From Balamuthia mandrillaris (Eukaryota), in contig JAVKOQ020000070.1 in the NCBI GenBank assembly GCA_031835245.2, forward strand, positions 124,001-188,000: a DNA stretch of 64,000 nucleotides. Reading direction: 5' to 3'. Under the pieces are notes generated by a model. That model searched no databases, was not told the DNA's origin, and saw only the letters and a program-made list of their open reading frames with translations. Shown here piece by piece: positions 51,104-63,567 of the stretch (position 1 is its first letter; each line of letters starts with the position of its first letter). Both the position numbers and the translations under genes were made by a program.

Positions 51104-53008
51104 TCAACAACCAGCTCCCCCTCCTCTTCCTGCTTTGTTTTTGCTGTTGAGCGTGCCTTTCGCTTGCGTCTCTACGTCGCCATGGTGGTGATGTTTGTGA
51201 TGCGGATGACGTCGCTGCTGTATCTTCTCATCTATCCATTGGTCCATCTCTTGCCACTGATCAAAGAGCCACCGCGACCGCTCCAAGGGCGTGGTGGGAA
51301 CTTGCTCGAAGGGAACTCGCCAAAACTTGACGTAAATGGTTTCTCCTACCAAACGACCGTTTTTCAGATCCCAAAAGCTTCGCGCCAGCTCGAAGCCCGT
51401 GTGCGCGCAAAACAAGATGTCTGCTGCTATATCTTCTTCTTTTTGTTGTGATGTAGATCGGTCCCAGTCCTCTTTCGTTCGCCGCGACGATGACAACAAC
51501 GAAGCGTTCTTTTCCAACAATGCTAACGCTCCACCCAAGCGAGGAGGTAACGTATGTTTCAACGCTTCTGTTCTTCTTAACATCTCCTCCGCACTCATTA
51601 CCTGCTCCTCATCCTCTTTCTTCTCTGTCTTGTCATTCATCTCAACTTCCCCCCGCAACTTTTGCAAGATTCGTTCTCTCTTCTTCGACTCAAAGCGAGT
51701 TCCTTCCGGCCAAATGCAAGTAATGATGTTGGCAGCAGCGGGGTCGTTATAGTCCGAAAGCAAGTCCTGCATTGCTTTCAGTTCCAGAGACATGGCTTTT
51801 GGTCCGGCCATGCGAGAGAGGAAGAAGTTGGGAGTGCGACTACCCATCGTGTCCAAACCTGCATCCCAACATAGCTCCTTTTTCAGTATATAACGCATTC
51901 GGAACTGATCCGAAAAGAAGTACTGGAAAAGAAAGCGAAGGTTAGAAAGACAATGAAGGAAGGGAGCAAAAGATATTCCCTCACCTGAGGAAGTAATGTG
52001 TCACCAGTGCTGTTGTGCCGCATGAACATCAGGAATGGTCTTTCTTTTAGCGATGACGACGCTTTCTGTGTCCCGTTGTCCGATCGTTTCACATGCTCCA
52101 CGCCTTCTGCACAAACGCGAAGACCCATTACCTTCAAACATGGTCCCGCCAACAATCGTGCCCCCCAAATATGCTGCACCGATGGTATGTCAAAACGTGC
52201 CTCTTCCTCTTACATGCTCTGCTTATCTCTTCTCTCCTGCCCCCTCTTCTCTCGTTTTCTCTATTCTCTTATCTGCTTCTCTCTTCTCTCGTTCTCTCTT
52301 CTCTCTTCTATCATTCTCTCGTTCTTTCGTTCTTTCGTTCCTCGTTTCTCTTCTCTCTTCTCTCTTCTCTCCTCTCTCTTCTCTCTTCTCTCTTCTCTCT
52401 TCTCTCTTCTCTCTTCTCTCTTCTCTCTTCTCTCTTCTCTCCTCTCTCTTCTCTCTTCTCTCTTCTCTCTGCTCTCTTCTCTCTTCTCTCTTCTCTCTTC
52501 TCTCTTCTCTCATGGAAGGAAAACATACCTGCAAAGTAAAGACCCAAGTTCTCCATTGTTGTTGGTCCCAGCCAAACAGAACAGAGGTCAGATAGAGCCC
52601 CAGCCCAAAGACGTAGATGGCCAACATCTCATTGAAAAGATAGAGGAGGAAGAAGAGGAGGATGCGAGTGTAGGGGAAGTCCCTGTTCGTGACAGAGTCA
52701 AAGCCAAGGCTCAAAGGAAGCAGCACTGGGCTCAACAGTACCACCAACACGAACGCTAGTGTAAAGCCTTTGTTGTTGTCGTTTTTTTGCATTGTTTTTC
52801 GCAACGGGTCAGGCATCGGTGCGAAGAAGGCTGAAAGAGAGTGACACGAACCTGTGTATGTAATGCTTCTTCTGAACCACTTCTCGAACCATTTGCCCCA
52901 CTCGCCCTGTTGCGAAGTGTTGAAGCAGCCATAAGGTTGTGCCGTCCCAACGCATGGAGGAGGAGCGTTGCCCTTGATGTCGAAGCGCCACTGCAGCCAC
53001 TTCTTCAT
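51104..53008 (-). CDS. Lysophospholipid/glycerol-phosphate acyltransferase (PlsC/LPLAT superfamily) with N-terminal TM segments
   Basis: Catalytic HxxxxD in MRHNSTGDTLLP; MRYILKKELCWD; CIWPEGTRF; TLPPRLGG; CAHTGFE; WLFDQWQEMDQWI. Introns after FTLQ and LLPQ, and probably an in-frame one near 52765-52850. Confidence 0.87.
52345..52510. repeat. Intronic CTCTT/CTCTCTT composite repeat
   Basis: Direct inspection; generates the SSLFSLL and EERREKR pseudo-ORFs. Confidence 0.85.
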
Positions 53009-54038
53009 ACTGTTTGTGTGCCTTCCCCAAAGGTAAAAGAAGAAAGAAAGAAAGCGTAAAAGCTTCTTTCTTCTGCTTTTCCTTTTCTATTTGAGTTTTC
53101 TTGGTTTTTTTTGTTTGGGCTGTATGAAGGATGTATTATTAGTGTTAATTAATAAACACTTTTTTTGAATGGTAACCCTTTAATGGTATATTTTCCGCAA
53201 ATTTTTGATTTTTTATTGGTGATTTGAATATAAGTTTTAATATCCGTAACAGCGTGAATGAACCCTCGAAGTGGATCTTTTCCAGGAAAAAATCCGATTG
53301 GTCCATAAAATCCGGAACTCCGCTTCTAATAATTCATCAAATGAAGGAGGAGTCATCTTTTAGAACTTGGGAAAAATGTAAACATGGCCTCACCTTCTCC
53401 TTTGCGTGTACGGCACCCACCGTTTCCGCAAAGTTTTACCCAAGCCCACGGACGAGGTTGTGTACGTGGCAGTTACTGAGGGTGGGGAGAAAGCGAAGTC
53501 GCTGAGTTCATTCGACTTGATCTTTCCTTTCACCAATGGGTGTAGGCCTCCATGATGGACCTTTCGGCGCAGCAGTTGTGGAACTGGTGGACGAACTGCT
53601 TGCAAAGAGGGTCGGGCAGGAGGCGTTGGCGAACCGCCAGGTCACTTCGGCGTGCAAAAACTCGCCACAGGCCTGTGGCGTTGCCCCTACACCGCAACTG
53701 CAGCCCCACCCACTAAGCAAGCGCTAGCCGCAACGACAAGGTCTTTCATAATATCTCGCGTGACACGTCATCGCTTACCAAATTTATATCAACATACGTC
53801 AGTTGTCGACAACATGTTGCGATCTACAGGTTAGAAAAATGATTGGATGCAAGAATCGAGAGCCCAATGAAAAATCAAAAAGATGCAGAAAGTTGGCGGA
53901 AATTCTTTATAATTCTTTAGCAGCATTCGTCATTCTCCGTGTGTTGTTTGTTTTTTGTAGTTTTGCTGCAAAGAAAGAGTCACCAAGGAAAAAAAACGTC
54001 ATAACCACAACAACCACAACCACAACAACAAACAAAAA

Positions 54039-56001
54039 ATGAAGCGAGCCTTGATCTCGGTCAGCAACAAGAGTGGCCTCGGGGAGTTTTGTCTCTCCCT
54101 GGAGAAGCTGGGCTTTGAGCTGCTCAGCACCGGTGGCACCTACACCGCCATTGAGCAGGCCGGCGTGAAGAACGTCCGCAAGGTCAGCGAGGTCACCCAG
54201 TTTCCGGAGATCTTGGGCGGAAGGGTCAAGACGTTGCACCCTGCGGTACCATTTTTTCCCCTCCCTTCTTTATTTTCACTTTTACGCCCTCTCTCCTCTA
54301 CTTTTCTCTCTTTGTCACTTCTCTCTTCTCACTGAACACTTTTTTTTTGGGATGTGTAAGATTCATGGAGGCGTTTTGGCCAAGCGCACGGAGGAGCACT
54401 TGAGTGAGCTCGCCAAGCACAACATTTCTCCCATTGACGTGGTCGTTTGTAACCTCTATCCATTTGTTGAGGTATTCTTCTGCTGTTTCCCACTCTCAAC
54501 TTTCTTAGCTTCATTCATCTTTCTTTCTTCTTTTTCACGGTTGTTGTTGTCTTATGTTGTTCTTTCTAAGCTCGTCTCTGGTTTTGTTCTTCTTCTTCTT
54601 AGTAGTTCTTTTTTGTTTGTCTTCTTCCTTTCTCTTTTTTTGTAGAACACTCCTATTTGGTTTTCTCACATTACTTTCATCATCGTCAAACAATAGACAA
54701 TCAAAAACACAAAGGCCACAGAAGAAGAGGTCATCGAACAGATCGATATAGGAGGAGTCGCCCTGCTGCGCGCCTCTGCCAAAAACTTTGAGTCTGTGCT
54801 CGTGCTTACCGACCCGAGCGACTATCCGAAGGTCCTTGCCGCCCTGGAACGTCCCGATGGCGTAAGCAAGGAGGAGCGGAGACGCTATGCCCTCAAAGCC
54901 TTTCGTCACACGGCCACCTACGACTCTGCCATCTCTGCTTGGCTCACTCAACAAGTGGGGCAAGTGGAGAGCACAACAAGCAAAGGAGCGGAAGAAGAGG
55001 AACAGAACAAAGGAGAGCAAGAAGAAATATTCCCTCCTGTGTTGGCCCTTTCTGCTGATAAAGCCCAACAGCTTCGCTACGGCGAGAACCCTCACCAACA
55101 GGGTGCCCTCTACCGCTGGATTGGCACAGAAGCTCCCTTTGAGCAGCTCCAAGGCAAAGAGCTAAGCTACAACAACCTGTTGGACATGGAGATCGCTTGG
55201 GGAGTGCCGCAGGACTTTGTGGAAGGCGAGGATACGGCAGCTTGCGTCTGCATCGTCAAACACAACACCCCGTGCGGCGTGGCTGCGCACCCCACCAGCC
55301 TGAAGACAGCCTATGAGCAAGCTCTCGCCAGCGATCCCGTCTCTGCCTTTGGCTCCATCATCGGCGTAAACAAGGAAGTGGACCTGGAGTTTGTGGAAAC
55401 CATCGGCTCCTTGTTCTTGGAAGTGCTGATGGCGCCATCCTTCACAGAGGAAGCCCTCCAATGGCTTCATATCAAGAAGAAGAACTGCCGTGTGATGCTC
55501 TACAAGGGACAGGCGAGGAGAGCTGGCGCACCGCAAGAGCGTCTGGAGATCCGCTCCGTAATGGGCGGACTCCTCGTCCAGACCCCAGATCGCAGCGGCG
55601 GCCCCGAGCAGAGAAGCCAATGGAAGGTGGTTACCAAGAAGCAGCCCACGGAAGAGGAGTGGCGTGCCCTCGAGTTCAGCTGGAAGGTTATCCGCAGCGT
55701 CAAATCTAATGCAATCGTCCTTGTACAAGGCACCAGGACGGTTGGCATCGGTAACGGCCAGCCCAACCGCATCGACGCCGTCCGTCACGCTGCCACCCGC
55801 GCGGGAGAGCAAGCCAAGGGCTCCGTCATGAGCTCCGATGCCTTCTTCCCCTTCCCTGATGGCGTGCAGGAGGCTGCCAAGTATGGCATCGCCTGCGTGA
55901 TCCAACCGGGAGGCAGTATCCGTGACGAGGAGGTCATTGCAGCTGCGGACGAATTGGGTCTCGCCATGGTCTTCACTGGAGAACGCCATTTCAAGCATTG
56001 A
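54039..56001 (+). CDS. purH: Bifunctional AICAR transformylase/IMP cyclohydrolase (bacterial-type PurH)
   Basis: [86 protein letters not shown]; two introns. Confidence 0.97.
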
Positions 56002-57062
56002 ACAGACAAAAGGGCACTTAAAACCAAAAAGGTTACGAAGAACTCATGGAGGATTTGTTCTCTCTCTCTTTCTCTCATTCCAAGCAGTTATTTATTTTTG
56101 GGTTTGTCGGTAATAAACTAACCCAGCTTCTCGTTTAGTAGAAGAACTTGTTCTTTCTTTTCTCTCTTATCCCTCTTAAGGGCTAAGCGCAACTGTGATT
56201 CCAAAGGGACCCTTGAGAGGCAGGTTTTAAAGACACAAATGGACCATTCGCTGTGACAGTAAGCACAGTTAGGCCACCCTTCCTGATCAAGGTTTGATTG
56301 AAGTTTTCCTATTGTAGTGTTGGGAAAAATACACTAGATAAGGTGAGCTCCAAACCAAACTATTGTTTGCCATCATAGTTGCGAGTATTTCCGAGCTCGT
56401 GAGATTGAGAGTATAACAACTGGTTTTATATACACGATCACTCGTTCTTTTTAGGCAAGGTTCCGAGATGCGATATGCGCATCACATCTCCATTGTCTTT
56501 GTTGTGCAATGCAGACGCACGCTCAGAGAGGTTTGTGTTTCGTGTGGTCAAAGACTCCTTGTAGCGACTAAGGTTTGGTGCCTCTCAATGCTGTGTCCAT
56601 CCGTTCTTCTTGGCTTCTTCCCTAGTAACAGGCATGCCCGATACTGCTCGTTTGTATTCTTTCTATTTTACTCAGATCATGTTTGCCTTTAAAAGCATAA
56701 TGAGTTCATACGGTTATGAAGGCATTCAAAATGATTAACGACATATGTCCTTGTAGTGCTGTAACGCTTTTATTGGTTGACCGCTTGAAACAACGCAAAC
56801 GAGTTGAACAGCTCGATGGTATCACCGGTCTACTCCTGCTCTAATGAACTATCTGTTGCTGTTGACCTGCCAGGATAGCACGATTGAGGGGATGATTTTT
56901 AAGATAAAAGGGACCACCACGCGACGTTGTTTGACTCCTCACTGGCAACCTATGGTATTATTCTTTTTGTTTTTTTTCTTGCTTTGTTGTTTGAGAGGCT
57001 TCTATTAACTTTCACTCCCGACTTTTTTTTAAAACTACACGGTGCACAGAGCGGCGCTCAAC

Positions 57063-58651
57063 ATGCTCAACCCCTTTTATGTGGTCGTTTTTGGCCTGCT
57101 TCTGGCTTCAGCATTGAGCCTTCGGGTTCAGGGACAGACGTGTGTTCCTTGGGACGGACAACCCGCCTTTTGCGCTCAATTTGCGGACTGGCAAGGTTTG
57201 TTTTTTGTGCTTCTTCTTCTTCTTGTCTCGCTCTGTTTTTCTTTTTCTGCTTCTAAACAGCCCTCACGCTCACTTCTCTGTCTTTGCAGTTCCGAACGTT
57301 CATATCTATGTTCCGGTCAATTGGACCCTTGACACCCTCCAAACCCCAATCCGAACGGCCGTGAACGTAGCCGGTGCCATGGGAGACGACGGTTCCGTCG
57401 GCTCTCGCTGCAGGCAAATGTGGGCTCGTCTCGCCTGTTCTACCTACTTGAGGCCCTGCGCTAACATTACGGTGGAAGGAGGGGAGCTCTATCCAACGCC
57501 TATCCAAACTTGCGACTTCAAGTGCGAAGAATATCGTACATACCCCTGCTCTTCTGTTGCTCTGTGTAAGCTTCTCACGCACTGAAAACACCAAAACAGT
57601 GTCCTTCTGCAAGGCAAATGCGGAAGGTAACGGTGCCGTAATCGGCTTAGGCCTTTACTTCCCTCCAGGATACACCCGTCCTCTCACTTGCAATGAGACG
57701 GACGTCGATGGACAACCGTTCTACCAGGCTGCCAACTACTCCGTTGCTGTGGGATCGGGAAATGACACCGAAACCTATCCGCTGCAGTGCAACCGATTGG
57801 AATCGGGCGGCGCTTTGGTGCTTTGCGAAGCGCCACTGGAGAACGTGGGCCAGACCAATAATTGTGGCTTCGAGTGTCCTCTTCCTTCCTATACGGAAGA
57901 CCAGTACGATTCCGTGAAGACCATGCAACTGGTGCTGAGCTGGTTTTCTTGGGTTCGTCATTGCTCTCATGTGCGAGTGATTGTTCCCATGGTTTTACTG
58001 ACTATCACGAATCAACAGGCAGGCAGCCTGGTGGTCATCCTAACTTATGCCCTCCACAGCAAGCTGCGCCTGTTCCCAGCTAACCTCATCATGATGGCAG
58101 CGGTAGCGGCCCATGCAGAGTCAGTGGGAATGATCCTTCCCACCTTCTTCGGATACGACAACACCTGGTGTGGGTTCGACACAACCTATCTCATTCCTGA
58201 GACAGGGGCTGCTGGTGGCACATTGGTGATTACCTTCCGCATTGAGGATCTGGCGGTGGAATCCGGATTGTGCACCTTCCAAGGATGGTTGGTGCAAATG
58301 GGATTCTTGTCTAGCACCATGTGGTGGGGCATCATCGCCTTCAACATGTTCCTTTCTGTATGTTTTCTTCCGTTGATACTTTGTTGTTAGTTCTTGTGCT
58401 GCTTCTGCTTGTTCTTCGTCTAACATGAAAGCGTTTCGTGGCCAGGTCTACTTTGGAAAGAAGCTGCCGACCACGAAAACATGGACGGTGGGCTTACAGG
58501 TTGTGTTGCATGTATGCGGATGGGCTGTTCCCTGTTTCCTCATGCTCGTCCCAGCTGCTGCTGGACAAATATCCTTCTATCCTGGCGCCACTTTGTACGC
58601 CATTCTCTTCTATCCTCACATTTTACTCCTGGAGTCTTTCCCTCTTTTGCT

Positions 58652-58691
<40 letters not shown>

Positions 58692-59327
58692 AACATACGC
58701 AGAAGAACTAACCCAAAGAATGATAACAGCTGTTCTTTGGATTCGGCAGATGTTTATTTCTTGGTGTTTTGGGCCATTCCTGTTGGCATCATCCTGTTGG
58801 TTGGCACTCTCCTGTTCTTGGTTTCTCTGGTTCGTCTCATGCAGTTTGCCCGCCAACTGAAAGAGTTGAAAAAGACCTGCAAGACCTACTTCCGTGTGAT
58901 TCTCTTCATCCTCATCTACCTGAGTCTCATCACGTTCATCTTCGCCTATTCGCTGCGAGTGGTCACCGCCAAGGACACCATCGAGGATGGCTACTCCGAC
59001 TACTACAGGTGTCTCATCTTGGATCGATCTGATTCTTGCTCGTTGTCCGAGGAAGTTCACAACTATGGGCTGGCGGTGTTGAGGAGCTTCGCGTACTCTT
59101 CCCTGGGACTGTTGCTGTTCTTTAACTTTTGCATCAGTCCCTCCATGGGTCGCTTCTGGTGGCGCATCATCACGCACTTGGGACAGGGCAGGTTCAGCAG
59201 CATGTTCACCAGCGACAAGACGCCAAACACCGGCAAGTCTCCTGGCAAGACCAAGAAGCACAAGTCCTCCGGCAGTAACAACATGATCACCATGAGCATG
59301 GATGAAGAAAAGGACGAGGGACTTTAG
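57063..59327 (+). CDS. Frizzled/Smoothened-like GPCR (signal peptide, cysteine-rich domain, 7TM)
   Basis: Signal MLNPFYVVVFGLLLASALSLRVQG; CRD CRQMWARLACSTYLRPC...TCDFKCEEY; CGFECPLP; FPANLI; CTFQG...STMWW; WAIPVG. Five frame-consistent introns. Confidence 0.88.
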
Positions 59328-59435
59328 GAAATGTACATTTTTGCTCCCCAACAAAAAACAATACTGCACCATTTCGGTTGTTGGTTCTCTCTTCTATATC
59401 GTCAAACCTTGTTTCTACTATTATAGAAGCACAAC

Positions 59436-59436
<1 letters not shown>

Positions 59437-59491
<55 letters not shown>

Positions 59492-59497
59492 AACGAC

Positions 59498-59533
<36 letters not shown>

Positions 59534-59557
59534 AACGACAAGAAAGAAAGAAACGAC

Positions 59558-59605
<48 letters not shown>

Positions 59606-59615
59606 AACGACAAGA
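59437..59615. repeat. Intergenic (AAAG)n with periodic AAACGAC interruptions
   Basis: Direct inspection; lies between the GPCR stop and the next start codon. Confidence 0.88.
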
Positions 59616-59689
59616 AAGCAATGTCGGCATAAATTCCAACTACAAAAAGAAAGAAGAAAGGTAAGAAGAAAGCAGAAAGAAGAAGAAGA

Positions 59690-59897
59690 ATGGAGGGGAG
59701 CAGCAGCACCGCGGGAGCACCAAAGAAGCAGCAACAACGGGAAGGCGAAGCAACAGCAGCAGCACAACGCCCCAAAGAACCTTCGCCATCGGAACTGGAG
59801 TCGTTGCACCAGCGACTGGATGCGTTGTTGGCTCTCTTCTTTCAAGACTTTGTGCTCTTTCGCAAGGCTCACCAGCAGCTCTCCGACCACCTCAAAC

Positions 59898-59940
<43 letters not shown>

Positions 59941-60382
59941 CTTACTTTTGTGTGTGGAAAAAGGGTCTTTGGCAAATGGGCAGAGCGAGGTACGCTTTGG
60001 GTGGGTCGGCCATCACGCCCTTGCAATACGATTTGGCCAACATGAGAGCCACTCTCACCTTCACGGAGACTACCGCCACCCCAAAAGAGGATGGAGGAAA
60101 AGAGGAAGAAGAAGAAGAAGAGGGTGGCGTGCTCAGGCAACGGCGTCGAGGGAAGAAAGATGAGGGAGAGGCAGAAGAGCGGAAAGAAGAAGGAAAGGGT
60201 GGGGAGACGAAGAAAGAGAAAGGAGAGGAAGGGGAACAGAAGGAGGAGGCCAAGAAGAACAAGAGTCGTTCCAATGACCCGTTGTACTGGTTTGGAGTGT
60301 TGGCGCCGCCTGCCTTGCGGCATTCTCAAAACCACTTTCGCCAAGGTGTGCTGGTTTTCTTTCATCTTTCTTTTTGTTCTTT

Positions 60383-60459
<77 letters not shown>

Positions 60460-60851
60460 CTTCTTCTTCTTCTTCTTCTTCTTCTTGTTCTTGTTCTTGT
60501 TCTTGTTCTTGTTCTTGTTCTTCTTCTTCTTCTTCTTCTTCTTGTTCTTGTTCTTGTTCTTCTTCTTCTTGTTCTTGTTCTTGTTCTTCTTCTTCTTCTT
60601 CTTCTTCTTCTTCTTGTTCTTCTTCTTCTTCTTCTTCTTCTTCTTCTTGTTCTTCTTCTTCTTCTTTCCTTCTTCCTCTTCTTTGCTTCTTCTTCTTCTT
60701 CTTTCCTCCTTATGAACTGACTCTCTTCCCCTGCCACACCTTTGCAGCAGCGATGACAGCACTTGAACTGGCTCGTTTAAAACACAGAATGCAAGTCAGG
60801 GCAACAGAGTACGATCAACTTTATGACCAACTTCTTTCTTTAACAAAGTGA
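59690..60851 (+). CDS. CCDC115: V-ATPase assembly factor Vma22/CCDC115-like
   Basis: LSDHLKQ/GLWQMGRARYALG...ITPLQYD...DPLYWFGVLAPPALRHSQNHFRQ/AAMTALELA; two introns. Confidence 0.88.
60383..60703. repeat. Intronic (TTG)n-(TTC)n compound microsatellite
   Basis: Direct inspection; gives poly-C/S, poly-V/L and poly-N/K pseudo-ORFs. Confidence 0.9.
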
Positions 60852-60869
60852 CGTTTTGAAGAGCTCTCT

Positions 60870-61243
60870 TTAAAGGAAGGACAAAACGCTCTCCAAAGAA
60901 GCAGCACCGCTTCCGTCGCCATCAGCAGCACTGTCACCATCGCCTCCATCTTCCTCGCTGCCACCATCATCTCCATCTTCTGGATTCTCTCCTGTTTGTT
61001 TCAAGATCCATTGTCGAGCAGTGGCTACGTAGGCCCAAACATTGGGAAAAGTTCCAACCTGCTCGCTGTCATCGCCGTACAAGGGAACGCCCCAGCTTGT
61101 TACGCCGACCAGCACCGGCGGATCGGAGTCGAGGAAAAGAGGGCCTCCGCTGTCTCCTCTGCCCACCCCTCCCTTTTGTTGAGGAAAGTGAAAGAGCGAG
61201 CGAGCGAGAGAAAAGTAAGGAAGGAGGAAGACAAAGAGCAAGC

Positions 61244-61292
<49 letters not shown>

Positions 61293-62152
61293 AAGGCAGA
61301 CACAGATACGAACGTTTTGAGGGTCATCAATGCCACAGATGTACCACGTGCGGTAGAGGTCGAGTATGAAGTCCTCATATGCCTCGGGTATCTCGGTGTA
61401 GTAGGCTTCAACACACTCTTCTGCGGTTTGCGCCAGGAGGTCGTTCTGCAGGAGGAGGGTGCTGTAATAGGCCGGGCCAAAGTAGTCCGTCACACCCCAT
61501 CCTATGAACCTCAATGACTGGCCTGTTGTTTAGGGTTTGGCGGAAACGTACTTAATGAAGGAGCGATACCGGCGTAACGTTTCGAAAAAACCAGAGGAAA
61601 GGGAAAAAAGGCGTTACCACTCCAGTCGTCGCTGTTGGCGGTGGCGTCCAGGGCAATCGGAGTAATGCCCTCCACTTCACGGTCCAGCTGCAGCACCGCA
61701 AAGTCGCCCACCACAGACAGGTGGTCGTAATCAGGATGGACCTTCTTCTTCACAACGTCAAACTTGAGGTGAGCCAGGGTGGTGGAGGCCTCTTTCTGAC
61801 TGATCGTAATATCAGTCGTGTTGAAGAGAACCGAAAAGGCTTCGCTGCCCACTTTGCCGTTTTCATCGGTCACGCAATGAGCAGCGGTTAAAACGTGACG
61901 AGGGGAAATAAGAGTGCAACCGCAGAGCTGGGTGTCATAGACGAGAGCTTCTTCGTCAAGGGCCTGGAAGTAAAGAGCGCCTTGCCAAGGATAAACTCCG
62001 TCCGCTACTTTCTCACCCTCGAATACTCGCGCCGTTTCTTCTTGGGCGGCGAGGAAAGGGAGAGCAGCAAGGAGGCAGAGAACAAGGAGACCGGAGTAGG
62101 AGTGGTAAGACGCAGGCATTCTGTGCTGGCAGTGTTGTTGTAGTTGTGTCAT
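60870..62152 (-). CDS. Secreted trypsin-family (S1A) serine protease
   Basis: Signal LLVLCLLAALPFLAA; R-VFEG activation-like site; CGCTLISPRHVLTAAHC; GDFAVLQL; GRGDSGGP; VGVTSWG; two introns. Start may be 62119. Confidence 0.92.
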
Positions 62153-62972
62153 TGCTGACCAGCAATGATATGGCTTGAAACGTAAAGGGGCTGCCGATGA
62201 GGTGCTAGTTCATATTAATTAACTCGCGTTCAACAACGCCGATATAACCTCTTTATGTTTATTGATGTAATAAAAGTGTTGCGAGAAGGCCCACCCAAAA
62301 AAACTGGAGAGGCATCGAGCGCAGCGGCCCCTGCCTCTCCGCTGCCCCAGCCCCGCGCCCCGCCCCAGCGGCCTCACCCATGCCAACCTCTATCTCTCAT
62401 CCGCTTTGCGGCCGCCGAAGCATAACATAAAGAAATATTGTAAAATTGAATTGTTTGATATTTCATTGGACAATCTATTGCCTAATATGGATTCAAAATC
62501 TTGGTCATGCTGTTCGACGAACACGGAACATTTTCTACGGCCCGATTGTCCGCGTTGATTTTGTGGAATTATGCAGAGGTCCGATGGACATGTTCCGTCC
62601 CTTTTTGTTTTCCATCAACCACCAATTTTTATCGAAGACTTTCCAAATATGCACCAGGCTGACGCCCGTTCAACCAACAACATAACACAAAACCGAAACC
62701 TTCTTCTTCAACAACTCCAAGTCAAAGAAAGCAAAGGGAACAACGGTCCCCCCCACTGAAGTGCAACAACCTGAGAAAGGGAGGACTGAAGGCGTCACCG
62801 ATCAAACAGTCCTCTGGTTACATTTGAGAGGCAAAGACAAGAAGAGAAGGAGAAGGGGAGCGTCTAGGAGAGAGTTGTGTTCGCTGTTTGGCCGCCTCCT
62901 GGGCAAAGTGTTGTCCTTGGTTTCCTTTTGTATTTACTTTTATCTCTTTTTGAATAAGCAAAAGAAAAAACA

Positions 62973-63134
62973 ATGGAGGAAACCAAAGTCAACGTTCAAG
63001 AGCTGTTGATGATAGAGTTTCTATCCTCGGCAAACAAGTTGCTTTCTGGTTTGGTACGGAACGCACTCCTCCTTGTCTATGAAAGCCACTTCCCTCTTTA
63101 GTTTTTAAATACTTTTTGGAGCATTCATATCTAC

Positions 63135-63165
<31 letters not shown>

Positions 63166-63526
63166 CCTCCCTCCCTCTCTCTCCCTCTCTCTCCCGCTCT
63201 CCCTCTCTCTCCAACTTGTTTCATGTACTGTTGCTAAAAGCTTCTTCGGATGAAAACGATGCTTCTTGCATAAACCAAAACCGCAACAACATAAAACCAG
63301 GTTAAGTCCTTGACAGAGCAGCTGCACACGCTGTTTGAGGAGGATCAAACGGTGAAAGACTCGGAGCTGTTTCAGGCCACCTTGGCCGGGTTCAGGAACC
63401 TTTCTGTGGCCGACCGGAACGCCCTGCGGTTCTTTGTGGACCAACTGTTGGAGTGGAGGAAGAAAAAGAAGCCAGAGGACTCGGACAACGTTAAGGTTCC
63501 TTCTTTTCTCTTTGTCTCTCTCTGTC

Positions 63527-63567
<41 letters not shown>

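Noticed and set aside
53663..53727. Palindrome plus CTAG as a Helitron 3' end
   Set aside because: The CTAG is over 40 nt from the palindrome, farther than the typical short spacing, and no 5' end is evident.
55162..55998. Long antisense ORFs over purH (and over the RhoGAP and GPCR genes)
   Set aside because: Shadow ORFs of codon-biased sense exons with no independent motifs.
54039..56001. Bacterial-type PurH as a novel horizontal transfer or contamination
   Set aside because: It has two normal introns, and bacterial-type PurH is known in other eukaryotes such as plants and, as I recall, Dictyostelium.
56100..56900. Non-repetitive intergenic block as a decayed mobile element
   Set aside because: No terminal repeats, TSD or recognisable coding remnant seen.
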